A stretch of 64,000 nt of DNA from Hypanus sabinus (taxonomy: Eukaryota), in NCBI RefSeq assembly GCF_030144855.1, contig NC_082714.1:94426001-94490000 (forward strand), given 5' to 3'. Shown here piece after piece: positions 36,699 to 50,498 of the stretch. The notes under the pieces were generated by a model. The model saw only the letters and a program-made list of their open reading frames with translations, searched no databases and had not been told where the DNA came from. Position 1 is the stretch's first letter. The number at the start of each line of letters is the position of its first letter. Made by a program: the position numbers and the translations under genes.

Positions 36699-39374
36699 AC
36701 TGGATTGTTTAATTTGGAGCATGTTGCAGGGATGGATATTTAAAAGGTACACAAAATGATGAGCAGTAATGCAATACAGGAGATCGTTTTTTTCATCAGA
36801 GCAACGGTCAAATAAATATTTTCTCCGCGACTAGGAGGGCAAAGAGAGGAAATTATTGAATTTGTGTGCAGGTCTGTTACTTCCGAATGAAATGCCGGCA
36901 ATGCAGAAACCCTGTATAAGCTACGATAGGAAATTTTGTCATTTCGAGCACTGAATAGCTCAATCAGAATAATTCAAATATTGTAATGACTAGGGCTGTG
37001 GCCGCATCACTTAATTATTATAAGGTAAGTAGAATTATAAAAATGTAATCAATAGTTAATATGGAATAAATAATTTAATATGCAATAAATAAACATAAAC
37101 ACTAACTTGTATTATTGATGTAAACATATCATATAAAAGTGGTTTCAAGTTCAGTTTGTTGCCATTCACTGTGCACATATTTAACGCCAAATAAAACAAA
37201 GTGCCTTCCTAGTAAGATGCATAACGCAGTACATATAGCTCATACACAACCACGATAACCACAAGTAAAGGAACAAATAACAAGATGCATATGCGTTGTA
37301 ATTCAAAATTAACTGTATAACGCTATTGGGGCTTCTGATGCGCTGAGAGTAGATGGTGGCAAGGAGTTTAGTAGTCTTATGGCCTGATGGATGAAGCTGT
37401 TTCCCATCCTAGAAAATCCTGTCTTAATGCTCCGGTCCCGCCTGTCTGATGATAGACGGTAAGAAAGATTGTTGGAGAAATAGGAGGGGCGTTGTTGAAA
37501 ACGCCAAGAGATCTGCGTTCGCAGGGTCAAACTCTCCTTACAGCAGATGCTCTCTATTACAGACAGCATCGAGGCAACCTCGCCTGCAGTTTCTCCATAG
37601 CCTCAACATCCTTTCTAAATGGAACCGACCAGAATTGAATGCAGTACTTCAGATCAGTCAAACTGTGGTTCTATTAACATAATTTCCCGAATACATATCT
37701 CAGTTCCTTGACTGATAAAGGAAAGAATTCCATGTGCCTTCTTGACCACCCTAACAACCTGTGTCATCGCCTTCATAGAGATACGAATTCACCTTCAAAA
37801 TACTTCTGTACGTACACGGTGTTAAGGGTCTTGTCGTTACTTGTTTTCCACCCCTTCATTCTTGATACAACATGCAACATTCTCTAAGAGGATAAGTTAC
37901 TACCTAGTTATCCTCTTACTCTTGATGCACTTATAGAATGCCCTGTAATTCTCTATACTCCTGCTTGTCAGTGACCATACATGGACGTTTTTGGCCTTCC
38001 TAATTGCGTTGTGTTAAGTTCTGGTTTCTTTATAAATCTCAAGCGGTCTGTTTGATTTTTAGCATTGTAATCCTTTCCTTTTTTTTACTGAAAGTCTGTT
38101 TTTCTTTCTCGACCGAATTTGCTGTCTGTCTCGATATCTGTGCTAAATCAACTGATCCCAATCAATTAACTCACCTCAGATTTTGCCCAACTTTCTTAAT
38201 TTGCTCGAATTTAATGATGTTTATAATTAGACAACGGGGTGACCCGTTGGGACACCCTTGACAGAAATGTAGTGCAGTCTGATATGACCGGAATGAGCAT
38301 TAAATTTCAAGAATGCTATTGCTATTGTTTTGGCTTGAAAATTGAAGATGAAAAACTCAGTTTACTAAAGAAGAAAGACCCGTAACAAGACAAATATATC
38401 ATCTCCTGGTTTAACGACGGACACTTCTAATGTCAACATTTGGAGTTTTCCTCTGACAGATCAGAGACTCTGCTGCCAGCTAACTCCAACTCCCCCCCCC
38501 CCCCCCGCCTCCGTAGAACCGCTATCATCCGTCCCTACTTACCGTCTAACCCGGGTTTCAACTCAAACATATGTACTACATTTCCCACAATGCACGTGGG
38601 GATTGACGGACCAAACGCAGACGCAGTCCTTTCCGCTGGTGGGGTTGGGTGGTGTTGACGGATTATCACGTGATATATTTGGAGACGTTGAGCGTATCCC
38701 AGTTTAAACTTAAAAAATTGTTTAGTTTTTCCACGATTCGACCCTGGCTCCCACTGCAGTCAGATTTTCAATCATGGACCCATTTGTATCCTGCAGCTTT
38801 AACATCAGTTTTTTTTAAAGTGGTTCCCCCTCAGATTTTTTTGTGTATGTTGGTCGGCTTCAAGCTGAACACAAATATAATTTTAGACTACTTGCATCAT
38901 ATAGGAATTAAGAGAAACAATAAATTAACTTTCATTGAATATAATGTGTTTTATTGCACAAAGATGTTGACGCTTTACAATAGTTCAACTAAGGTAAAAC
39001 TGTTTTGTTGATCATTTTCATTTCGACCTAGTGTAAGAGTCTTTACGCTTACATAACTAACAATAATTAGCCAGCATCGATGGATTCCAGCTACCCTGAT
39101 ACTGTTTCTACGTGATTGAATGTCCCGTTGAAAATTTTCACTGTACTCAGAGATGCAGCAGTAACACCCAAGCCTCCAAGATGCTGATTGTTCTTGATGA
39201 TGTGGTTGGCCTCTCCTAAATGGACGTGGCCGCTGTCCTTTGACTGCAGCAAAGGGTTTTACAGGCGTCTCGGAGCACGTCATTCCAATAAGGCATATTT
39301 ATCTCTTATTGATGGGTGGCAGATAGATCTATCCCAATCCTGCACATGCTGATGGTGATTAGCACAAAGTGACC

Positions 39375-40085
39375 GCTCGAAATCGAGTGCCCTGCCCTTT
39401 TTCTCCGGTTGGGGTCGCTGGTGAAGCTGGTCGTGCGCATGCGTCCTGGTGACGGGTCTCGATTTCCATTATGGTGGATCGGCTTCATGGAGCAGTTGGG
39501 GCACCCTTTGAGAGAATCGAAATGGAGCTGCCCTGCCCTGCCCTTTTGTTCCACTTGGTGTCGCTGCTGAGGCTTGCCGTGCGCATGCGTTGCGGTGTCG
39601 CGTCGCGGTTTTGATGATGGTGGATCGACTCTCGGGTGAAACCCCGGGTGAAACCGGGGCAGTTGATTTTGGCGAGTGAAAAATTTTATACAAATATATA
39701 ACTCTGAACTTTGTCTGCATCCTGTAAATAAGCGCATTTTCAGTCGATTTAGCCGAAAATAGTGCCTTTGTAATGCACCGTTGGCGCTAATTGGAGTACA
39801 CAAACGGACAGACAAACAGAGCATGAGACTGGTAGTAATATATGGATAGATAGACTAGACAACGGGGTGACGTTGGGGCACCCTTTGAAAGAATCGAAAT
39901 GGAGCTGCCCTGCCCTGCCTTTTTGTTCCGCTTGGTGTCGCTGCTGAGGCTGTCCGTGCGCATGCGTTGCGGTGTCGCGTCGCGGTTTGCATGATGGTGA
40001 TAGACTCTCGGGTGAAAACGGGGCTGTTGACTTTGGTGAATGTACAATTTCATACGAATATATAACCCTGAACTTGCAATAGCTA
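39375..40085. repeat. CpG-rich tandem repeat: two well-conserved copies (from 39495 and 39872; period about 377 bp) plus one degenerate copy
   Basis: gttggggcaccctttga..gaatcgaaatggagctgccctgccctg...gtgcgcatgcgttgcggtgtcgcgtcgcggttt is repeated. Confidence 0.9.
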
Positions 40086-41669
40086 CAGCATTTTTTAGAA
40101 ATCATTTTGGGTTAGCCTATCAGTTCTTTCCCCCCCCCCCCCCCCCCGTCTAATCCTCTGGTATTAAGGAGATACCTTTATATATCAGGGAAGTTGAAGT
40201 CACCCACGACAGCAACCCTATTGATTTTACACCATTAAGTAAGATTTAACATCCTGAAGCAAAAGATAGAGGCGATAATAGACAGAATGTAACACCAAGC
40301 CACGCATCGTCACGTGGCTCGTAGTAGGACCCTCGCGATCTTCAGGAGGGACCTATTCGAGGTGCTGTCGGATTTTCAGCACACCGGACCCACAGTGACT
40401 ATTGTTATTAGGCCGCAAATGAGGAACTGAGGATTTTCAGAAGTCGTGGAATTGCGGAAGATGACAAAGAATAGAACAGGGAACGAACATGGGCAGGTAA
40501 TGGAGGCGATTTCAGCAGCAGCAAAACAATTTTGGAAAAAAAGGAGTTACAGATCAGCGAGGATAGAGGCTGGAGAGTCCGAAAGAGATCGGGGGTATAC
40601 GAGACAGACGGATTTTACAGGTAGCAAATGCTGCAGTGATGGACCGTACGCAAACGGACCGTAGTACACAGAGAGCAATGCAGGGGCAAAATGTATTTAC
40701 ATCCAGAGGGAAGGGTATTAGGGCTGGAAGCGTTAGGTATGGAGGGATATAGGAGGAGTTTAATGCAGAAAGTTAATGCATTTTAGGGAAAGTAAGGTGT
40801 CCAGTGGCTGTAGATTATTATTGATGTACGGCCGGGGACCGGACAAGATTACATAGAGCTGGTGCTGAATAATAATGCCGAAATCGGAAAGGCACTACAG
40901 CAGTAGGTTCAGGGACCAAAAGAGACAGGCCTCCGTTTTGTTGTTGGTGTAATCAGTGAATCTGAGGCGGAATGAGACACTATGCCCGATAACACCATAT
41001 TCCTATTATCTGGAATTACCGTGTGATCAGGTTTCTTTTCAGTCGCACCCAGACGAGGAATAATGAAGGGAGGGGAGTTATGCGATAACTGATATCATGT
41101 CATTCCCTTACAGATCTATGCCCAGATGGCGATTGATACTAACTGATCTTGAAAGGCAGAATGAAAATTATCTTTTGTGAACGGAAGATTTATATCTTGC
41201 TCTGTGTGCGCGGGGGAAGAACCATATCGGAGTGATATGATTAAATATGTTTAATGAATCATGTTACTAACAACACTAGCTAAGCAACTTTCAGTTAGGG
41301 AGTAACAACCCAAGCCCTCGGAAATGAAATCACGCGCACACGAAAGTCGGCACTAAAGGATAATCTACCGCGTAGTAATTCACGGGACGATCAATATGTT
41401 GCATGCGCACTTGACATATTTCCACATTCGATCTGATACAGTACAGATCTCTCCATACAAAATCTGGCTCAGAGTTCAGTCAATAACATAATACTCGATA
41501 GTAATAAGTACCGGACATCTAATCAGTATCCACTCCTTGATTGTGGACAGCTTATCTAAACTGCTTCAATAAATTAAAACCTGGCCTGAAAAGTAGAATT
41601 TGTTCTTTGCCATCTAAGGGACAAAATGGCAGCGATCCACTTCTACATTATTTCTCAAAGGTTGGTCGC

Positions 41670-43300
41670 ATATGTAGAACCATAGAAACATAGAAATCCT
41701 ATAGCACAATGCAGGCCCTTTGGCCACAGATTATGCCGAACATGTCACTACCTTAGATATTACTGGGCTTACCGATATCCATCTAGTTTTCTGGGCTCCA
41801 TGTACCTATCCAAAAGTCTCTTAAAGGACCCTATCATATCCGCCTCCTCCAAAGTTGCCGGCAGCCCATCCCAGGGACTCACCACTCTCTGAGTAAAAGA
41901 CATCTCCTCTGTACCTACTTCACAGCAGCACAATTCTCTGTCCTCTTTATTCAACCATTACAGCCCTGGAAAAAAGCCTCTGACTATCCACACGATCAAT
42001 GCCTCTCATCATCTTATACACCTCTATCAGGTCAACTGTCATCCCCCATCGATTCAAGGAGAAAAGGCCAAGTTCACGCTACCTATTCTCATAAGACATG
42101 CTCCCCAATCAATAAATCATCCTCGTAAATCTGCTCTGCACCCGTTCTATGGCTTCCACATCCTTCATGAAGAGAGCTGACCAGAACTGAGCACATTACT
42201 CCAAGTGTAGTCTGACCAGGGTACCATATAGTTGCAACATTACCTCTCGGCTCCAAAATTCATTTCCACGACTGATGAAGGCCAATACACCGTACGCCTT
42301 CATAACCAGAGAGTCATCCTGCGCAGCTGCTTTGAGCTTCCTATGGACTCGGACCTCCAGATCCCTCTGCTCCTCTACACTGCCAAAAGTCTTACCATTA
42401 ATACTATATTCTTCCATTATTCTTGCCCTACCAAAATGAACCACTTCACACTTATCTGGGTTGAAATCTATCTGCCACTTCGCAGCCCAGTTCTGCATGC
42501 TATCAATGTCCCTCTGTAACATCTGACAGCCGTCCACACCATCCACAACACCTCCAAGCTTTGTGTAATCAGCAACCTTACTAATTCAGCCCTCCACTTC
42601 CTCATACGGGTCATTTATAAAATTCACGAGGGGTATGGATCCCAGAACTGATCCCTGAGGCACTCTATTGGTGACCGACCTTCATGCAAAATATGACAGG
42701 TCTAAAACCACTCTTGGCTTTCTGTGGGCAAACAAGTTCTGGATCCTCAAAGCAATATCCCCTTGGATCCCATGCCTCCTTACTTTCTCAATTAGCCTTG
42801 CATGGGGTACCTTAGCAGTCGCCTTGCTGAAATCCATCTGCCTTACACCTACTGCTCTTCCTTCATCAATGTGTTTAGTCACATTCTCAACAAATTCAAT
42901 CAGGCTCGACCCTCTCTAGACAAAGCCATGCTGACTATTTCTAATCAGATTATACCTCTCCAAATGTTCATAAATCCTGCCTCTCAGGACCTTCTCCATC
43001 AACTTACCAACAACTAAAGTAAGACTTACAGGTCTATAATTTCCTGGGTTATCTCTACTCCTTTATTGAATCAAGGAACAACATCCACAAACCTCCAATA
43101 CTCTGGAACGTCACCCGTGCCTATTGATAATACAAAGATCATTGCTAGAACATCAGCTATATCCTCCCTCGCCTCTCACAGTAGCCCATGTACATCTCAT
43201 GCGGTCCTGGAGACTTATTCAATTTGAAACTTTCCAGAATTTCCAGCACATTCTTTTTTTTAGTATGTTAATATTTACCGCTCGAGCGAGGGATTCGGAC
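41670..43300 (-). mobile_element. CR1 LINE, RT region to 3' tail
   Basis: Minus ORFs DFSKATAKVPHARL and NWAAKWQIDFNPDKCEVVHFG; tail atagaaac repeats near 41680. Confidence 0.9.
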
Positions 43301-43359
43301 TTCTTATTCCAGATCATGAGACGTTCCCATAAAATAAAACGGAGGGATATTCTATCTGA

Positions 43360-44480
43360 CGGGTAAACCATCCTCAGCAAAATTCATTTGCTCTAAATAA
43401 GCGATCCTCTGTTCAGATGTTGTGGCCTCCATTTCTACACTGAACCAAGACAGTGGTATAGTCTGCACATGCACGTTTCCTGGCTCTTTCAATATTCGAC
43501 AGATTTCAATGAGATACACCCCACCCCCCAATTCCTCTAACTTCCAGCAGTACAGGCTGAGGACCATCAAACTTTGCTCATATGTTAACCCCTTCATTCT
43601 TGTGAACCTTCTCATGGCCCCCTCCAATGCAAGCATACCATTTCTTAGACAGGGTACTCAAAGTGAATCGCAGTACTCAGTGCGCTATTATCCTTATAAA
43701 GCCTCAGAATTAGAGCCTTGTCCATATATTCCAGTTGTGAAGAAATAAATGCTAATATTGCATTTGTCTTCCTTCCTACCGTCTCAACCTGAACAATACC
43801 TTTAGAGGCGCCAACACAAGAACTCCCAAGACCTTTTGCACCTCCGATTTTTTCCACGTTTAGAAAATAATCTACGCCTTTATTATTTCTACCAAAGTGT
43901 ATGATCATACACTTTCCTACTCTATTTTCCAACTGCAACTTCTATGCCCATTGTCCATTTCTGCCTAAACCCTTCTGCATTCTATGCTTCTACTACATTA
44001 CCTGCCCCTCTACCTATCTTCATATGTCCCTCAAACTGATCACAAAGCCATCAATTCCATCAACCAATGTCGTTTACACAAAGTGTGAAACAGTCCCAAC
44101 ATCGCCCATGCGGAACACCACTAGTTTCCAACCAGCCAACCTTCTATTGATGATAGTATCTTTCTTATAATATCATGGCTTTTCACTTGCTAATCAGCCG
44201 CAAATTGTCAAATACCGTTTGTGCATCCCAGTCAACAACATCTAGAGGTCTTCTTTGTCTATATGCCATGTTATTCCCTGAAAGAATTCCCATACATGTT
44301 TTCACTTAAGGAACTCATGCTGACTTTGACCTATTTTATCACGTGGCTCCACGTACCTCGAAAACTCATCCTTAAGAAAGGGCTCCAACAATTTCCCAAC
44401 TATTGAAGTCAGGCTAATGGGGGTAAAATTTCATTTATTCTGCCTCCTTCCATTCTTAAGGAATCGAGGGATATTTGAAA
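43360..44480 (-). mobile_element. Degenerate CR1 LINE fragment
   Basis: Minus ORFs ...GKCMIIHFGRNNKGVDYFLN and LEGAMRRFTRM. Confidence 0.8.
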
Positions 44481-44919
44481 TTTTCCAGTCCTCCGGTACC
44501 ATTCCAGGATCTACTGATCTTGCATGGTCATTACCTGTGATTTCATAATAGTTTTGGAAAGTAGGTGTTTATCCTTCTATCCCAGGTGGCTTATCTACAT
44601 TTAGGCCTCTGTTTCCCAAGCCTCTTCCTCTTAATAGTAACAACTACACTCACTTCTGACACACTCGAATTTCTAGCATAGTGCCAGTGTCTTGCACAGT
44701 GAAGACTGATACAAATCACTTATCAATTTATTTGCCATCTTTTTGTTCCCTCAATACTATTATTCCCTAGATAGCGTTATTTTCCAGCGATCGGAAATCA
44801 ACGTTGGCCTCTTTTTCACTCTTTATATGACTGAGAAAAAAAAAACTTCGAGTATCCTCTTTTATACTATTGGCCAGCTTACCGTCATATTCACTAGCTT
44901 ATCTTAATACTTGCTGGCT

Positions 44920-45410
44920 GGATGAGTTTTCTGGGTGAAAACTGAAGGAGATTTCGAGGTACTTGGAACCACATGAAAAATAGGTCAACGTCAGCACGGG
45001 TTCCTTAAGTGAAAAAATGTATGGGAATTCTTTCAGGGAATAACATGGAATATAGACAAAGAAGACCTCTGGATGTTCTTGACTGGTGTTCACAAAAGGT
45101 ATTGAACAATTTGCGGCTGATTAACAAGTTTAAAGCCCATGATATTATAAGAAAGATACTATCATCAATAAAAGGTTGGCTGATTGGAAACTAGTGGTGT
45201 TCCGCATGGACGATATTGGGACTGTTTCAGACTTTGTGTCAACGATATTGCTTGATGCAATTGATGGTTTTGCGGTCAGGTTGAGGGAGATATGAAGATA
45301 GGTGGAGGGGCAGGTAATGTTGTAGCAGAAGCATAGAATGCAGAAGGGCTTGGACAGAATTGGAAAATGGGCAAAGAATTTACAGTTGGAACATACAGCA
45401 GGAAAACAAT
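44920..45410 (+). mobile_element. CR1 fragment, inverted duplicate of 43910-44376
   Basis: The translations of 43901-44170(+) and 45145-45474(-) are near-identical, as are 44221-44406(+) and 44899-45093(-). Confidence 0.85.
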
Positions 45411-47309
45411 TAATTTTATTAATATTCCGTTTTAAGGAATATGGAGCATGAGAAGATAAATAAACAGGATCCACGATTCAAGTGAAGAGCGTATCAAATG
45501 AAGTCATTGTGTTAGTTTCCCTTCAGATGCTTTTATTCGCAGCGTTGAGAAGAAAGAACACAAGTTGGGATGCATGTCTGTTTAAAGAGGGCGCTGGAAA
45601 GCTACATTGGGATTTCCGGTTGCGGCATTTGGAACAAGAGGCACCGGATGCCAGCGGCAAACAAAGAATTTTACAATTATAGATCTGAGGAGGTTTTTAA
45701 ATTTTAACCCAGTGTACTGTAAGCATAGACTAATCGAGTCGATAAATAACATGCAACGAAATTCTTGCAGAATTAACAACTAGGCTTGCATGTCTTTCTT
45801 TGCAGGTCAATATTTTCACGCTGTGTACGAACTTCGAAGAGAAGAGAACTTTACTCTAGCTTTCTGCTGCAATCATTTAGATTGCAACTAGGTTTGGAGA
45901 CGGAAAGGTTATGGAAAGCATAGAACATGAAGAAGCAACAGGTACAGGGAAGGCCGAACTGGAAGCAATTTAAGTGATAGGAGGATCTCTAGAGACCTTG
46001 GATACGAGGTCAGCAGCGCGGCTCCTGAGATTTCAGGGAGGAAGAGTGGAGACACTAAAAGAAATAACTGGTAATACAAATGGAAATTTCAGAAGTACGC
46101 TGAGATATTAAAACCGAGAGGAAGGAGAGAACTGCAGAAAGGCAAATTACGCGTGTGTTAGATCGCTCACTTTTACATTACTTCTTTTTCTCCAATGGTA
46201 TTGAGAAGACCATTGATGGAAGGAGCTAGCACTAGCTCAGCAGGGAAAGAGCCTCATTCATTGGCGTTTTATAATCAAACGGAGCCGAATCCACTTGAAA
46301 GTGTAGCATTCCCCAGATGTTGTGTGATCTATTGATGTTTTTAGCATTTTCTGTTTTTTTTTTCAGATAATCCCGAAAACTATATTTTAAAAAATTCATA
46401 CAGGTCCTTACATTTTTTCGCGTTACATTTCTTGTTCTTTGTACCTTCGATATTCGCTTATTTACTTCTCACCTTAAGCTTAAAAAAGTTCTTTTTTTGT
46501 ACTGATTTCTGTATCACATTTATAGTTCCTTTTAAATCTCTGCAACCTTTCTTTAATCCCTCAACCTTTATTTCCTTCTATTTCCGTTAACTTACCTTCA
46601 GTCAATGCCAATACAACACAGTAACTTTCGTAATTTCGTATGATATCTTACTGACTGTTATCATAACTTAAACACGTTAGATGGTTCGCCTTTACCTCCT
46701 TTACCAACTACAAACTCAAAATGCAGAGTGTCAGACGATTATTCTCTTGGATTGAGGTATTTAGAATCATGGCCACAGTTGTAAGATAAGGTGGAACATT
46801 CAGAACTGAGCTGAGAGGAAATTTTGCCATGGAATTCGTCGTAAATTTCCAGAATATTCTATCCCTACGGCACTTCAGTTTCAGTATGTGCTGGGGTCGA
46901 TATTCAGATATTAATGGAAATATTAAAGGGAACTGACACCAAGGTAGCAAGCTAATCACGTCCTTATTAGCACGGAATAGGGATGTCGAATACGGTTTTC
47001 TGGGTCGAATAAATAACAAGGGAAACACGGTTGCGAGAAGCAACTGTATGCGACTGGACGCCACTTGTTTCTTGCTTACAGTTTAAGCAACCTGGTCGAC
47101 ACAGCGTTTTCCACGCGTGCTCATGTATCACATAGCGCCTTTTGCAGTTAGACACAATTAATGAAGTTGAAGGCGTCAACAGGAAACCTGGAGCACAAGC
47201 TGGCACGGTGACTTTCCATTGAGCTATATTTAGACGCAGAGTTTAACTTCGGCATCTTTTCTGTCTTTCGCTACGGTTATCTAGGCAATTTCTCGGTGCA
47301 CAATTAGCA

Positions 47310-49050
47310 GCGAACGCAACAATGAGAGCATGAGAAGTGAAAGAATAGGACCTATCAAGTGTGACAGTGGGAAAGCATTTTACCGGAGTAAATAACAGAG
47401 GTACTTTATGAATACTTTACTTCAGTATTCGCGATGGTAAAGCATTTTACTGATTGCAGTGTTGACTTGCAGTAGACTGAAAAGCTTCAGCATGTAGATA
47501 ATAAGAAAGAGGATATGCTGGAGCTTTTGGAAAGCATCAAGTTGGATAAGTCGCTGGGACCGGACGAAATGTGTCCCAGGCTACTGTGGGAGGTGAGGAA
47601 GGAGATTGCTGAGCATCTGGCGATGACCTTTGCATCATCAATGGGGACGGGACAGGTTTCCGAGTATTGTAGGGTTGCAGATGCTGTTCCTGTATTCAAG
47701 AATGGGAGTCGAGATTGCCCTGCAAATTATAGACTAGTGAGTCTTAGCTTAGTGGTTGGTCAATTGATGGAGAACATCCTGAAAGGCAGGAATTATGTAC
47801 ATTTGGAGAGGTATAATATGATTTGGAGTAGTCAGCATGGCTTTGGCAAGGGCCTTCCGAGCCTGAGTGTATTTTTTGAGTATGTGACTAAGCACATTGA
47901 CGAAGGAAGAGCAGTCGATGTAGGGTATGTGGATTTCAGCAAAGCCTTTAATAAGGTACCCCATGCAAGACTTATTGAGAAAGTAAAATGGCATGGGGTC
48001 CAAGGGGACATAGCTCTGTGGATGCAGAAATGGCTTCCCCACAGAAGACAAAGCGTGGTTGTAGACGTGTGATATTCTGCATGGAGGTCGGTCACCGGTG
48101 GAGTGCCTCAAGAATCTGTTCTGCGACCCTTACTCTTCCTGATTATTATAAATGACTTGTATAACGAAGTGGAGGGGTGGATTCGTACGTTTGCTGATGA
48201 CACGAAGGTTGGAAGTGCTCTGACTAGTGTGGAGGGTTGTCAGAGGTTACAGCGGGACATTAAAAGAATGCAAGCTGGTCTGAGAAGTGGCAGATGGAGT
48301 TCAATCCGGATAAGTATAAAGTGGTTCATTTTGGTAGGTCAAATATGATGGCAGAATATAGTATTAAGGGTATGATTCTTGGCAGTGTGGAGGATCAGAG
48401 GGATCTGGGGGGGTCCGAGTCCATAGGACGCTCAAAGCAGCTGCGCAGATTGGCTCTGTATTTACGAAGTCGTATGGTGTATGCATTGGCCTTCATCAAT
48501 CGTGGAATTAAATTTATGAGCCGAGAGGTAATTTTGCAGCTATATAGGACCCTGATCAGACCCCACTTGGAGAACTGTGCTCAGTCCTGGTCGCCTCACT
48601 GCAGGAAGGATGTGGAAGCCATAGAAAAGGTGCAGAGGTTTCCAAAGATGTTGCCCGGATTATATACCATGCCTTATGAGAATATATAGAGTGAACTCGG
48701 CCTTTTCTCCTTGAAGCGAAGGGGGATGAGAAATGACCTGATAGAGATGTACAATTTGATGATAGGCATTGATCGTGTCAGAGGCTTTTTCCCATGGCTG
48801 AAATTTTTGCCAGAAGAGGCAAGGTATAGAGGTGATGTCAGGGGTAATATTTTTTTACTCAGAGTGGTGAGTGCGTGGAATGGGCTGCCAACAATCGTGG
48901 TGGAGGAGGATAAGATAGGTACACGGAGCTTAATAAAATAGAGGGCTATAGTTAGGCCTGTAATTTCTAAGGTAGGGGATTGTTCGGCACAGCTTTGTGG
49001 GACGAAGGGCTTGTATTGTGCTGTAGGATTTCTATGTTTCTATGTTTCTG
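47310..49050 (+). mobile_element. CR1 LINE, RT region to 3' tail
   Basis: DKSLGPD, SQHGF, VDVGYVDFSKAFNKVPHARL, FADDTKVG and LIRPHLENCAQSWSP; ttctatgt tail at about 49030. Confidence 0.92.
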
Positions 49051-50041
49051 ACGGTATGTGCCTTGATCGTCCAGGTTATTCTTAGCCTCTTCGAATTGGG
49101 GAGCAATCCTGATGCCAAACCATTAAAGCGACTGCTTTAGGGCAGGGATTCCAAGCGATTTTATGTCATAGGCCCCTACCATTAACCACGGCCTCCATGA
49201 ACCCCAAGTTGGAATCCCCTGCTTTAGGCAAACTTCGATTCGTGTGAAATTATTACGGGTTGAGCAAAGGGCACCTTGTCCAGCATTTCCAAAGCTTCGC
49301 GTCACTCCTCAGGGGAACTCTTTCGCTAGATATATATTATCCCATATTGAGTTTTGGAAGAATAACAAAAGTTCCGCTCGGCCTCAGTGGCTCAGAGTTG
49401 TCCATCAATGAAGATCACTGGATGATTATTGCATTCCTCCCCTTCTCCCCCACCTCCCTCCCTCTCAACAACAAGGGCTTTACTACGTTGCAGTATTCCG
49501 CAGGTTCTACCACCGTTATTTTCAAATGGCCTTCTCTGGCTGCAGAGATCAAATCCGTTATATGCCTGGCTCTGTATCTTCATCCATTTGTCTATCTATC
49601 TGCCTTTCTGTCCATCTATCTATCCATTTATCATCTATCTCTCAGTCGACTATCTCTCTAAAGCTATCTATGTATATATCTATCCGCCCGTCTTTCTATC
49701 AGGACAAGGCATTTTACACTGAATCGGGTCTACTTTTTTTTCACAGTAGCTTTGGCAGGTTTTACCCTGATAGCATCCTGATGAATTCCTTCCATACGGA
49801 ATTGTTCGTCGTCAGGATGTTTACCTCCAGACGCAGTCGGCTCAGGCCCTTTCCCTTGGAAGTACTTTTAAAGTGCATTGCTACACAGGCTGTTTACCAT
49901 TTGGCAAAGTCAATTGGTACAAACAGCAGAACCAAGAACATTTACAGTACGTTTACACCGTGATCAAGCACCCGCCTCCAGCTGAAAAATGTACGTGACA
50001 AGTTAACGGTAAAACGACTATTCACTTCCTCATTGCTAATG

Positions 50042-50498
50042 ATGTCCAAAATAATGTTTCGGGTAGTATTACTCTTCGGTCATAGCACTTACGGAAAAAC
50101 CCTTCATGTTCGCAAACTGATCCGAATTGGGCATTTAATGTTAACAAAAGAATCATTAGAATCATTTGCTTAGTAATTCCTGATTTTTACACGCAACTAT
50201 ATTTGCATCCCCATTCCGACCTCGATTAGGCGTCTCCGCTCATTCGTCTCTTAACACCGCCGCCGAGTCAAATTCATGGGGTGCACACGGCCCAGTTGAT
50301 GTGCTTGGCGAAGAACATGGCTGCAGATCCCCAGTCCATATCTTGCATGTTTAGGGAGGTAGTGTCGAGGAATGGGAGAAGTCCACAACAATAGACCGTG
50401 AGGGGAAACAAAGTTTAAGGAGTCAGAACGGAATCCTGACGGCAGTACATTTGCCGCGCATGGAGGTAACACGACCAAAAAAAATCATTATCAAAGAG
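50042..50498 (+). pseudogene. Candidate decayed leader plus V(J)-type Ig exon of a class different from the sigma-cart V
   Basis: Leader-like MSKIMFRVVLLFGHSTY-G (50042-50093, donor degenerate g|gaaaa), 136-nt intron, acceptor ending 50229. Then GVSA-HSSL(T)PPPSQIHGVHTAQLMC...SIS and a late ..AV(Y)ICRAW, with a donor gtaatt at 50499. Several indels must be assumed. Confidence 0.4.

Noticed and set aside
39176-39215. MLIVLDDV, a Walker-B-like motif
   Set aside because: A stop follows within five codons and there is no Walker A; likely chance.
40440-41020. Purine-rich stretch with faint retroviral gag-like pieces (CWCNQ...HYAR)
   Set aside because: No continuous frame, intact CCHC, PBS or LTR pair could be established by eye.
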